A stretch of DNA of 34,240 bases from Acidimicrobiia bacterium (GTDB lineage: Bacteria; Actinomycetota; Acidimicrobiia; Spongiisociales; UBA11373). The notes under the pieces are model-generated. The model did no database searches and had not been told where the DNA came from. It saw nothing but the letters and a program-made list of their open reading frames with translations. The stretch is from contig DATKBG010000109.1 in NCBI GenBank assembly GCA_035514255.1, forward strand, positions 1 to 34,240. The letters are read 5' to 3'. The translations under genes were made by a program, and so were the position numbers. Position 1 is the first letter of the stretch. Each line of letters opens with the position of its first letter. Of this stretch, positions 25,780-34,077 are shown piece by piece.

Positions 25780-26732
25780 AGGCGGATCCTCGGGTCGAGA
25801 ATGGCGGCCACCACGTCTGCCAGGAAGTTGAAGATGAGGACGAAGACTGCCGTGATCATTACGACCGCGAGGATGACGGGGTAGTCACGACTGTTGATGG
25901 CCTCGATGACAAGTCTCCCCATCCCGGGCCAGCTGAACACGTACTCGATGATGACCGTCCCGGCGAGCAAGGCCGGAATCTGCACCGCCAGCACGGTGGT
26001 GAGGGGAATCAGCGAATTGCGGAGTGAGTGTTTGACGACGACACCCCAGTATGGGACGCCCTTCGCGCGGGCGGTTGTGACATGGTCGAGACGCAACACA
26101 TCGAGCAGGCTCTGGCGGGTGTACCGCACATACGGGCCGACGAGCACCGACGCCAGCACCCCCCCAGGAAGAATGAGGTGTCTGAACAAGTCGAACCCGG
26201 TCGGTGGGATCCCCAGGGTCCTCATCCCGCCGCTGGGGAGGACCCCGAGCCAGATGCTGAATACGTAGATCGCCATCAGTCCCTGGAAGAACGTCGGAAT
26301 CGACACCGCGAGCATGCTTCCTGCGCTACTGACGTAATCGAACTTCGTGTTCTGTCTGAGGGCGGCTGCCACTCCGACAGGCACGCCGATGAGGAGGGCG
26401 ACGAGAACCCCCGATCCCGAGAGGATCAGCGTCGGTGCCACGCGCGGAGCCATCATCTCCGTCACCGGGATCTTGCGATGGAAGGAGTAGCCGAGGTTCC
26501 CCCCGGCCAGCTCGCGCAGCCAGGCCACGTACTGGACTGGGAGGGACCGATCCAGTCCCAGCGCGGCGCGGCGACGCTCGATCAGACCAGGATCGCCCTG
26601 CAGTTCCTCGGGGCTCAAGAGGACAGTGGCTGGGTCACCCGGCAGCATGTGAACAAGGATGAAGGCGAGGGCGAGGATGCCGAGCAGCACAGGAACCGCG
26701 ATCAGGACCCTGCGAATCAGATAAGCAAGCAC
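25776..26732 (-). CDS. ABC transporter permease (DppB/OppB-like)
   Basis: MLAYLIRRVLIAVPVLLGILAL is the typical DppB N-terminus. The EAA-type loop is TARAKGVPYWGVVVKHSLRNSLIPL. Confidence 0.9.
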   Translation of the reverse strand: MLAYLIRRVLIAVPVLLGILALAFILVHMLPGDPATVLLSPEELQGDPGLIERRRAALGLDRSLPVQYVAWLRELAGGNLGYSFHRKIPVTEMMAPRVAPTLILSGSGVLVALLIGVPVGVAAALRQNTKFDYVSSAGSMLAVSIPTFFQGLMAIYVFSIWLGVLPSGGMRTLGIPPTGFDLFRHLILPGGVLASVLVGPYVRYTRQSLLDVLRLDHVTTARAKGVPYWGVVVKHSLRNSLIPLTTVLAVQIPALLAGTVIIEYVFSWPGMGRLVIEAINSRDYPVILAVVMITAVFVLIFNFLADVVAAILDPRIRL

Positions 26733-26817
26733 ACCGTCACCCCGTCACACCTAGCCGCCTAGCCCTGCCGCTCGCTCATCGGGTCCGCGATGGAGAAGCC
26801 CCATGACGCCGCGCTGT

Positions 26818-26843
26818 GGGGCGCCCGATTGCTCAGGCACCCC
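26818..26843 (-). other. intercistronic stem-loop after the substrate-binding protein gene
   Basis: On the transcribed minus strand the sequence is ggggugcc-ugagcaaucg-ggcgcccc: 8 bp including one G-U pair, which would be a C-A mismatch on the plus strand. It lies 18 nt downstream of the SBP stop (TAG 26862-26864). Confidence 0.4.
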
Positions 26844-26861
26844 ACACCGGCGAGGCGTCGA

Positions 26862-28595
26862 CTACTCCTCCCAGTACCACTCTCCGATGTTCCAGAACGT
26901 CTGCCAGATGTCTCCCTGGGGTTTGATGCCTTTGAGACGACTGTCGAAGGCGACATTGTTGTCGAGTACCGCGAAGTAGACGTAGTCCGGATCCTGGTTG
27001 AGGGCCAGGTAGATCTCCTTGTAGATCTCTGCTCGCTCATCTTGGTCCGCCACCGCGCGGGCCTCCGCCCAGAGACCGTCGACAGCCTCGTTGCAGTAGT
27101 ACGTCAGGTTGGGTCCCGCCGGGTAGTGCGTGCTACAAAGCGCGTACGGCTGCACCGAACTCGGATCGAGAGTGAAAACCGCGCCGGCGTTCCAGAACAT
27201 GTGCGAGTCGGGGTCGCGCCCCGCCCGCCCGAGGTTGTCGAGCAGCGTCGGCACGTCGACGTTCACAAGTTCCACGTTGACACCCACCGCCGCCCATTGT
27301 GCCTGCATGATCTCAATCGCTGCAGAGACCGCCGTACCCGCTCCGTCAGGGCGGGCGAGGAGGTTGAGCGTGTTGCTCGAGTCCCATCCTGCCTCGGCGA
27401 GAAGTTCCATCGCGCGCTCTGGGTCATAGTTGTATTCGATCGCGCCTTCATCCACCGTCGGCAGTGCCCACTCCAGTCCGACCAGGCGCTGGTTTGTCGG
27501 CGACACGGAGCAGTATCCGAGCAACACCTGTTGGCAAATGCCTTCGCGGTCGACTGCGAATATCAGCGCCTGACGGACCCGCGGGTCCTGCAAGAGCGGG
27601 TGGTCATAGTTCATGCCGATGACATTCGGGTTGAGACCAGTGGCCGAGGCCACCGTGACGCCTTCGGTGGCCTCGAGGCGAGCGACGTCCGTCGCCGACA
27701 CGCCGTCGACGAACTGGATCTCGCCGGTCTGGAACTGTGCCAGGCGGGCCTCGGCATCCGTGATGATCTTGTAGAAGACCCGCTCGAAGTATGCCTCACC
27801 AAGCGACCAGTTCTCGTTTCGCTCCAACTCGATGTACTGCCCAGGCACGAACTGAACGAACTTGTAAGCACCGGACACCACCGGGAAGTTTTCGAAGTAC
27901 GGATGGGTGAGGATCTCCTCAGGTGTCGCGTCACCGAGGATGTGCGCCGGGAACATCGTGTTCAGTCGAACGAGGGAGGCCCAGTTTGCGACCCACGCCG
28001 CATCCGGATTCGCAAGCTCGAGGACGACCGTGGACTCGTCAGGCGTCGTGATTCCTGAGATCGAGTCCGCGGTGCCGTCGGCGTATTCGGCCACGCCGAC
28101 CACGCCGCCCAGGCGTCCCGCCCGGGTACTGGTGTTCGGGTTGAGGTGGAGATGCAACGACATCGCCACATCGGCAGACGTGATCGGGGTGCCGTCACTC
28201 CACTCAAGACCGGGATTGACCTTCAGCGTGATTTCGGTCGCATCCGGCGAACTCTCCCAGGACTCGAGGACGTTCGAGAAAATCTGTTGGTTCTCGTCCA
28301 CCTCGATCAGGGGTATAAACATCGCCAGAAGCGCTTCACCTCCCCGGCACGCCGTCTCAGGGAATGGGTTGAATCCCGCCACATCGCAAAAGTAGGGAAC
28401 CTCGAGGATCGTCCGCCCTTCAGCGGGTTCCTCTTCAGCAGGGGCGGTTGTAGCCGTGCCCGCAGCCGTTGTGGTCGTCGTATCGGGCGCAGCGGTGGTC
28501 TCCGTCGCGTCAGGATCTTCAGTCGAGCATGCGACTGCGACCATCATCAATGTGAGGATCAGCGCAAGCCATCTCACGTTGAGAAGCCGTTTCAT
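26862..28595 (-). CDS. ABC transporter substrate-binding lipoprotein, family 5 (peptide/nickel type)
   Basis: Signal peptide plus lipobox MKRLLNVRWLALILTLMMVAVAC|S, a Thr/Ala/Pro-rich linker, then a family-5 SBP body of about 520 aa. GGAGG lies upstream of the ATG. Confidence 0.9.
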   Translation of the reverse strand: MKRLLNVRWLALILTLMMVAVACSTEDPDATETTAAPDTTTTTAAGTATTAPAEEEPAEGRTILEVPYFCDVAGFNPFPETACRGGEALLAMFIPLIEVDENQQIFSNVLESWESSPDATEITLKVNPGLEWSDGTPITSADVAMSLHLHLNPNTSTRAGRLGGVVGVAEYADGTADSISGITTPDESTVVLELANPDAAWVANWASLVRLNTMFPAHILGDATPEEILTHPYFENFPVVSGAYKFVQFVPGQYIELERNENWSLGEAYFERVFYKIITDAEARLAQFQTGEIQFVDGVSATDVARLEATEGVTVASATGLNPNVIGMNYDHPLLQDPRVRQALIFAVDREGICQQVLLGYCSVSPTNQRLVGLEWALPTVDEGAIEYNYDPERAMELLAEAGWDSSNTLNLLARPDGAGTAVSAAIEIMQAQWAAVGVNVELVNVDVPTLLDNLGRAGRDPDSHMFWNAGAVFTLDPSSVQPYALCSTHYPAGPNLTYYCNEAVDGLWAEARAVADQDERAEIYKEIYLALNQDPDYVYFAVLDNNVAFDSRLKGIKPQGDIWQTFWNIGEWYWEE

Positions 28596-28658
28596 GGTGT
28601 TTCCTCCGGTCGTTCAACACGTGCGCCCGCTGGCGACATCGAGGCATGCTGATCGGCA

Positions 28659-28687
28659 ATTACTTGATTGTCAAGACTTTTTGCCAA
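28659..28687 (-). promoter_or_regulatory. candidate promoter of the ABC importer operon
   Basis: Minus strand: TTGGCA (28687-28682), 17 bp, AGTAAT (28664-28659), inside an AT-rich patch about 65 nt upstream of the SBP start. Confidence 0.3.
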
Positions 28688-28720
28688 TAGCGACGAGGAC
28701 GCGGCAGGCGCTCTCGATCC

Positions 28721-28736
28721 GCTCCATTCCTCATTG
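28721..28736 (+). repeat. 16-mer gctccattcctcattg, copy 2 (identical to 9668-9683)
   Basis: Exact match, same orientation. It lies between the divergent SBP (28595, -) and 2-hydroxyacid dehydrogenase (28791, +) genes. Confidence 0.9.
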
Positions 28737-28790
28737 ATCTTTCTCTTTCAGCCGCCGCGATAGGATCGACCGGTCGATGCCTGTTCGCAA

Positions 28791-29750
28791 ATGACCAGTC
28801 AACCTCCCAAGGCGCTGCTGTTCGACCCCATCACCTGGCTTCACGACTGGAGCTACGAGGTCGAGCGGACCGTCCTCGCCGGCCACGGCGTCGAACTCGT
28901 CTCCCCGGCAGACCGCACCGAACGGGACGCGCTGCTTCCCTCTGCCGATGTCGTCGTGGTCTCGAGCATCGACCAACTCAGCGCCGACCGGGTCGGTCGC
29001 CTCGACCGTTGCGTCGGGATCCTCTGCTACAGCGCCGGCATGGATGCCGTCGATCAGGCAGCCGCCGCCGCCGCCGGCATCCCCGTACGCAACATCCGAG
29101 CTGGTACCGCCGACGTCGCAGATCACGCGATGACACTGGTCCTCGCCGCGTGGCGCAGGCTCCCCCAGATGACCGCGGCGGCCAGGGCCGGGTCCTGGGA
29201 TCTGGGCGATCACCCCCACTTCCGGTCGATTCCGAGGCTCGCAGGGCGGACGCTCGGCATCCTCGGCGCGGGCGCGATCGGAAAGGAAGTGGCGCAGCGC
29301 GCCCGCGCCTTCGGACTGAAGACGATCGCCACCTACCGCCGCCCGACGATGGCCACCGAGGAACTCGCCCACGTCCCCATCGAGGAACTGTTCGCAACGG
29401 CCGACGTCGTCGTCCTCACCGCGGCGCTCACTCCCGAGACCCGAGGAATCGTGGATCGGCGGGCCTTGGGCCGCGCCCGGCCGGGGACGATCCTCGTCAA
29501 CGTCGGCCGCGGTGGCCTCATCGTCGAAGAAGACCTGGAGGCGGCCCTCGATGAAGGGATCATTGGCGCAGCGGCCCTCGACGTCCGCGCCACCGAACCC
29601 CCTGACTCCGAGACCGACCGCCTCACGCACCGACCCGACGTGATTCAAACCCCTCACATGGCGGGCGTGTCATCCGACGCGCTCGAGGACCTCCACGCCC
29701 TGGCGGCCGAAGAGATCATCGCCCTGCTCACCGACGGTGGGCGGCTGTGA
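28791..29750 (+). CDS. D-isomer-specific 2-hydroxyacid dehydrogenase family protein (second copy)
   Basis: GRTLGILGAGAIG NAD loop, NVGRGGLI, AALDVRATEP and QTPHMAG. Confidence 0.85.
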   Translation: MTSQPPKALLFDPITWLHDWSYEVERTVLAGHGVELVSPADRTERDALLPSADVVVVSSIDQLSADRVGRLDRCVGILCYSAGMDAVDQAAAAAAGIPVRNIRAGTADVADHAMTLVLAAWRRLPQMTAAARAGSWDLGDHPHFRSIPRLAGRTLGILGAGAIGKEVAQRARAFGLKTIATYRRPTMATEELAHVPIEELFATADVVVLTAALTPETRGIVDRRALGRARPGTILVNVGRGGLIVEEDLEAALDEGIIGAAALDVRATEPPDSETDRLTHRPDVIQTPHMAGVSSDALEDLHALAAEEIIALLTDGGRL

Positions 29751-29772
29751 CCGGGTCTCCGACCGCCCGAGC

Positions 29773-31380
29773 ATGACGACCTTCCGCGACACGACTCTCG
29801 CCTCGCTTCGCATCCCGGGATTTCGCCAGCTGTGGCTGGCGATCATGGCCTTCAACGTGGGCCACCTCGTCCTCGTGGTCGCCTCGTCGTGGCAGATCCT
29901 CGAGATGACAGGATCTCCCCTGTGGGTGAGCGCAATGGTCGGTGCCCCAACCGTTCCGTTGTTGGTCCTGGCGTTGCCCGCGGGGGCGGTGGCCGATCTC
30001 TTCGACCGGCGGCTCATCCTCGTCGGATCGTCGGCAGTGATGGCGATCGCCTCCTTTGGAATGGCGGGAGCCACCCTCGCCGACCGCGCTTCTCCCAGTC
30101 TGCTGGTCGGGTTTGGGGTCGTGCTCGGTATCGGCGTGGCGTTCTTCAACCCCGCCTGGCAGGCAATCGTCCCGGCCCTGGTCCCCCAACACCTCGTGCC
30201 GGGTGCGATCGCCCTGAACTCCGCGAGCGGCGGTGTGGCCACCGCCCTCGGGCCGGCGCTGGGAGGGCTCCTCGTGGCCACGGCAGGACCTGGTTGGTCC
30301 TTCCTCGCAGCAACCACCGGCTATGGCGTGATGCTCGTCACGTCGAACATCGTGCGGCCGTCGACATGGGAATCTGACGTCGACTCGCTCACCATCGCCA
30401 TCGCCGGCGGTATCAGATACTTGCGATTCTCCGACGGCTACCTGACCCTGCTGCTCGTCGGGAGCGCATTCGGATTCACGTCGGCGGCACTTCGCGCAAT
30501 GCTCCCCAACCTGACGAGTGATGCCCTGGGCGGCGGCGCCGGCGTCTATGGAGTTCTGCTCGGCGCCTTCGGTGCCGGCGCCATCGTGGGCGGCATCACC
30601 CGCGCCAGCGGCGGCCGGCTGCTCGGTCCGCGAATGGTGCCGGTGTCGATCATCGTCTTCGGTGCCGCCGGAGCACTCGTCGGTGCGGTGCCCAGCCTGC
30701 CGGTGGTCCTCTTGGGAGTCACGGTTTCAGGACTGCTGTGGACGTGGATCCTGGCCACGATGAACACCGTGTTTCAGATGCTGACGCCGGACTGGGTCAG
30801 GGGCAGGACCATGGCCGCGTTCGTCCTGGCCGTGTTCGGCATCCTCCCGATCGGAGCTCTCGCCGCCGGAGCAGTCGGCGACGTGTTCGGTGCCGGCAAC
30901 GCATTGATCGCGTTCTCTGTCGGAGTGATGGCGGTCGGGGCGGTCGCAGCTCGCGTCAAGGTTCCGGTTCTCGAAGAGATCACCCCACCCGTCGTCCCTG
31001 GTGCCGTGAGTGCCGTCCTGCCGGAATCGCCGACGGTGCGCGGCCCGGTCATGGTCGTGACGACCTGGACGATTCCCACCGAGCAGGAGATGGAGAGCTT
31101 TGCGGGTGTACTGGCGGAATTGCGTCGCCTCCGTCTCGCCACCGGCGCCTATCGCTGGAATGCCTACCGATCACTCGACGACTCGGCCCGAATTTCGGAG
31201 ACGTATGTCGTCCACTCCTGGGAGCATCACCTGCAACTCCAAGAGAGGCTCGACACCCGGGCCCTCGACGTCATCGGCCATGCAGCCTCATTCGGCGTAC
31301 CCGGGACCGTGGTCACGTCACACCTCGTCGAGTTCGAAGTGCTGGGAAAGGTTCAAGGCCGTCCGGCGGATCAGCCCTGA
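29773..31380 (+). CDS. MFS transporter (MFS_3/EntS-like) with an extra ~110-aa C-terminal soluble domain
   Basis: FRQLWLAIMAFNVGHLVLVVASSWQILEMTGSPLWVSAMVGAPTVPLLVLALPAGAVADLFDRR and about 12 hydrophobic segments. The hydrophilic C-terminus runs from VMVVTTWTIPTEQEMESF to ETYVVHSWEHHLQLQERL. Start at ATG 29773. Confidence 0.85.
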   Translation: MTTFRDTTLASLRIPGFRQLWLAIMAFNVGHLVLVVASSWQILEMTGSPLWVSAMVGAPTVPLLVLALPAGAVADLFDRRLILVGSSAVMAIASFGMAGATLADRASPSLLVGFGVVLGIGVAFFNPAWQAIVPALVPQHLVPGAIALNSASGGVATALGPALGGLLVATAGPGWSFLAATTGYGVMLVTSNIVRPSTWESDVDSLTIAIAGGIRYLRFSDGYLTLLLVGSAFGFTSAALRAMLPNLTSDALGGGAGVYGVLLGAFGAGAIVGGITRASGGRLLGPRMVPVSIIVFGAAGALVGAVPSLPVVLLGVTVSGLLWTWILATMNTVFQMLTPDWVRGRTMAAFVLAVFGILPIGALAAGAVGDVFGAGNALIAFSVGVMAVGAVAARVKVPVLEEITPPVVPGAVSAVLPESPTVRGPVMVVTTWTIPTEQEMESFAGVLAELRRLRLATGAYRWNAYRSLDDSARISETYVVHSWEHHLQLQERLDTRALDVIGHAASFGVPGTVVTSHLVEFEVLGKVQGRPADQP

Positions 31381-32124
31381 GCCGCCGCGCTCCTCCCGGG
31401 CGCCAGCGCGCCCGGTCGACTGCCAGCAACGCGGCGTTGACGATCCCGGGCGCGTGGAGGCCGAACGCCCCGTACAGCTCCGAGACCGTGCCGCTCTCGG
31501 CGAAACGGTCGACGCCCACCGGGACGACGACTTGACCATCGACCCGACCCAGGGCTCTGCATCGCGGGATCGAACACGGCCTTCCACACGTTTCCCTCGT
31601 CGAGCTCGGCGTCCCCGCAGACGGCGACGAAACGCCCTGCCCGGCTCGATCCGAAATGGGAATCGAGATAGCGCCGGACCGCCGCCGAGAAGAGGGGCGA
31701 CGGCTCCCAGACCCACCGACCCCGTCGAGTAGTCGGCGACGTCCGGATCCTTGGTGAGAGACGGATACGCCTGCAGCCCGCCGAATCGCCTCAGGCGGGT
31801 GAGGAAGGAACGGTCGAGTTCACCCGTGAGGTACTTGATGGCGTGATACACCGGCGCGGCGTGCGGCTTCACCGCCACTTTGTCGGCGCCATTCAGATGG
31901 GCGAATCAGAGCGCGGTCATGATCGTGACCATCGACGCCGAGGACGCCTGATGTCCACCCACCTTGATCTCGCGGTCGCGGCCGCGGTTCGCCGCATCGA
32001 CGATCCGAACTGCCAACCACAAGACGCGACGCTCGATCTCTTCGAGCACCCCGACCGGAACCGGAGAGTCCGGCGCTTCGGCGGCAGACGGCGGCATCGG
32101 AGGCCCAGCCTCCGCGATGGTCAC
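31381..32124 (-). pseudogene. remnant of a thiamine-diphosphate-dependent E1 gene (homodimeric pyruvate dehydrogenase AceE-like)
   Basis: GTG 32122-32124 forms a GTGA overlap with the upstream stop. The sequence reads LEEIERRVLWLAVRIVDAANRGRDREIKVGGHQASSASMVTIMTAL, then TGA (31906-31908), then in frame FAHLNGADKVAVKPHAAPVYHAIKYLTGELDRSFLTRLRRFGGLQAYPSLTKDPDVADYSTGSVGLGAVAP. After a frameshift near 31690 it continues LFSAAVRRYLDSHFGSSRAGRFVAVCGDAELDEGNVWKAVFDPAMQ. After a second frameshift near 31545 it reads ALGRVDGQVVVPVGVDRFAESGTVSELYGAFGLHAPGIVNAALLAV, which is the extreme C-terminus. Most of the roughly 900-aa protein is missing. Confidence 0.75.
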
Positions 32125-33167
32125 CCTCCGACCACGTCGATCAGCGCATCGACGTCGTCAGAGGAGTTGTAGATGTGACAGCCGACCCGAACCGACGACG
32201 CCCGGGTGGCGGCCGCGATCCCTGCGGCCCGCAACACTTTCGGCTCGACTCCGTCGAGCCGGACGATCGCCGAGGAGGACTGCGGGAGCCCGGAACCGGC
32301 GCGAAGACGGTCGGCGAGTGTCACGTCGTGTGAGTGGATCCGATCGACCCCCAAGGATGCGATCAACTCGAGCGATGGCACCGCCCCCATCCACGACATC
32401 CAGGCGGGAGAGAGATCGAATCGGCGGGCCGATTCCGCCAGCCGCAACGGAGTCCCGTAGATGCTCCTCCACGGGTCGTCGCCGGAGTACCACCCGGCGT
32501 TGAGCGACGGCACCGAATCCGGCTCGCGCACCGTGACGAACGCCACCCCGCGCGGGCACAGCAGCCACTTGTACGCAGCCACGACGACGAGGTCGAAGTC
32601 GGCGGCCGAGAACGGGTACCAGCCGGCGGCGTGGGTGGCGTCGACGAGAGTGCGCACGCCGAACGCGGACGCCGCCATTTGGACCGAGGCGACGTCCGCG
32701 ATCTCGCCGGAGGAGGACTGAACGAGAGAGAAGGCCACGGTGTGCGTCTCTGGGCCGACCGCCGCCGCGAGTTCACCGAGGGGAACGGTACGAAGCCTGA
32801 CCCCGCGCCGTTCGTTGGCGAGGATCGGGAAGAGCAGGGACGTGAAATCTCCCTCGGGTGCAACGACCTCGGCGCCATCGGGCACCGCCGCGGCGAGCGG
32901 ACCGACGAGAGCCGAGACTTGGGCCCCGATCCCCACGGATTCGACGGGAGCATCGACGATCCGGGCGAAGAGCTCCCGGGCGCGGGCGACGGCCGCGTCG
33001 TAGACCTCCATGCTGGCCGTGCCCGCTCGCCAGTCCTCCACGGCGGCGAGCACGGCGCGGATCGACGCCTCGGGGCCGAGGCCATAGGTCGGCGTGTCGA
33101 AGTAGATGCCGTCGGGCGAGAACGTACCTGCGTCCACCAGCGGGGCGATCGGCCCCGACGCGCTCAC
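32121..33167 (-). CDS. class-V aminotransferase-fold PLP-dependent enzyme (cysteine desulfurase / epimerase-like)
   Basis: 348 aa. Contains FSLVQSSSGEIADV, LVDATHAAGW and the VAAYKWLLCPRG lysine motif. GTG start with GGGGAC upstream. Confidence 0.75.
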   Translation of the reverse strand: MSASGPIAPLVDAGTFSPDGIYFDTPTYGLGPEASIRAVLAAVEDWRAGTASMEVYDAAVARARELFARIVDAPVESVGIGAQVSALVGPLAAAVPDGAEVVAPEGDFTSLLFPILANERRGVRLRTVPLGELAAAVGPETHTVAFSLVQSSSGEIADVASVQMAASAFGVRTLVDATHAAGWYPFSAADFDLVVVAAYKWLLCPRGVAFVTVREPDSVPSLNAGWYSGDDPWRSIYGTPLRLAESARRFDLSPAWMSWMGAVPSLELIASLGVDRIHSHDVTLADRLRAGSGLPQSSSAIVRLDGVEPKVLRAAGIAAATRASSVRVGCHIYNSSDDVDALIDVVGG

Positions 33168-33255
33168 GCCGGGTCCCCGGATCGCGGCGAGAGCCGGCGG
33201 GGTGATGTCGGCCTGGGGCGCGGTGCGGCCATCGGCGCTATTATAAACACCCTTG

Positions 33256-34032
33256 ATGATTGTGGCGCAGACCGACGACCCCAGCCGAGATCACACCGGA
33301 CGAGTGGCCCTCGTCACCGGCGCCGCCGGTGGTATGGGAACCGCCATCGCCCGGGCCCTCGCCGGACTCGGAGCCGCCGTGGCGGTCAACGACCGCAGGG
33401 AGGACCAACTCGAAACGCTGACCCACGAACTCGAGTCCGTCGGTCCGACGGTGGCGGTTGGCGCGGACGTGACCGATCGGCGGGCGGTGCGAGACATGAT
33501 CGACGCCATCGAGTCGGCGCTGGGCACCATCGACATCTTGGTGAACAACGCCGGTGTCCTGCGGCCCACCAAGATCGTCGACATCACCGAGGACGAATGG
33601 GACCTCGTCGTCGACGTCAACCTGAAAGGCGCCTTCCTGTGCACCCAGGCCGTCATCCCGGGGATGCGACGGCGAGGCTGGGGCAGGATCGTGAACCTTT
33701 CCTCGACCGCCGGCAAGAGCGTCAGCACCATGGGCGGCGCCCACTACACCTCGGCCAAGGCCGGTCTGCTCGGTCTCACCCGGCACGTGGCCTCGGAAGT
33801 GGCGCGTGATGGGATCACGGTGAATGCGGTCTGTCCGGGGCTGATCGACACAGACATGACGCGAACCACCATCACTCAGGCTCAGGCTGATTCCTACGCC
33901 GACTCGTTCCCCATCGGCCGGCTGGGTCTCGCTTCCGAGGTCGCCGACGTGATCGCCTTCCTCACCACCGATCGAGCCGCGTACATCACCGGCGCCAGCG
34001 TCGACATCAACGGCGGCGACCTGATGATATGA
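33256..34032 (+). CDS. SDR-family oxidoreductase (3-oxoacyl-ACP reductase FabG-like)
   Basis: VALVTGAAGGMGTAIA (TGxxxGxG), NNAG, and catalytic S...YTSAKAG (YxxxK). TTG 33253 and ATG 33256 are both possible starts. TATAAA lies 8 nt upstream of the ATG and there is no SD. Confidence 0.9.
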   Translation: MIVAQTDDPSRDHTGRVALVTGAAGGMGTAIARALAGLGAAVAVNDRREDQLETLTHELESVGPTVAVGADVTDRRAVRDMIDAIESALGTIDILVNNAGVLRPTKIVDITEDEWDLVVDVNLKGAFLCTQAVIPGMRRRGWGRIVNLSSTAGKSVSTMGGAHYTSAKAGLLGLTRHVASEVARDGITVNAVCPGLIDTDMTRTTITQAQADSYADSFPIGRLGLASEVADVIAFLTTDRAAYITGASVDINGGDLMI

Positions 34033-34037
34033 ACGGT

Positions 34038-34063
34038 CCGAGCCGCCCTCGGAGGGCGCTCGG
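34038..34063. terminator. GC-rich hairpin between the convergent SDR and dnaB genes
   Basis: ccgagccgccc-tcgga-gggcgctcgg: a 10-bp stem with one bulged C, lying between stops 34030-34032 (+) and 34078-34080 (-). Confidence 0.4.
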
Positions 34064-34077
34064 GCGGATGGAACTGA

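Noticed and set aside
28660-28734. A second MRNGA... upstream ORF (24 codons) starting in copy 2 of the 16-mer.
   Set aside because: It ends in TAA about 65 nt before the SBP start with no coupling. It overlaps the best promoter candidate for that operon, so it is probably not on the transcript. After the first five residues the peptide is unrelated to the 9681 uORF.
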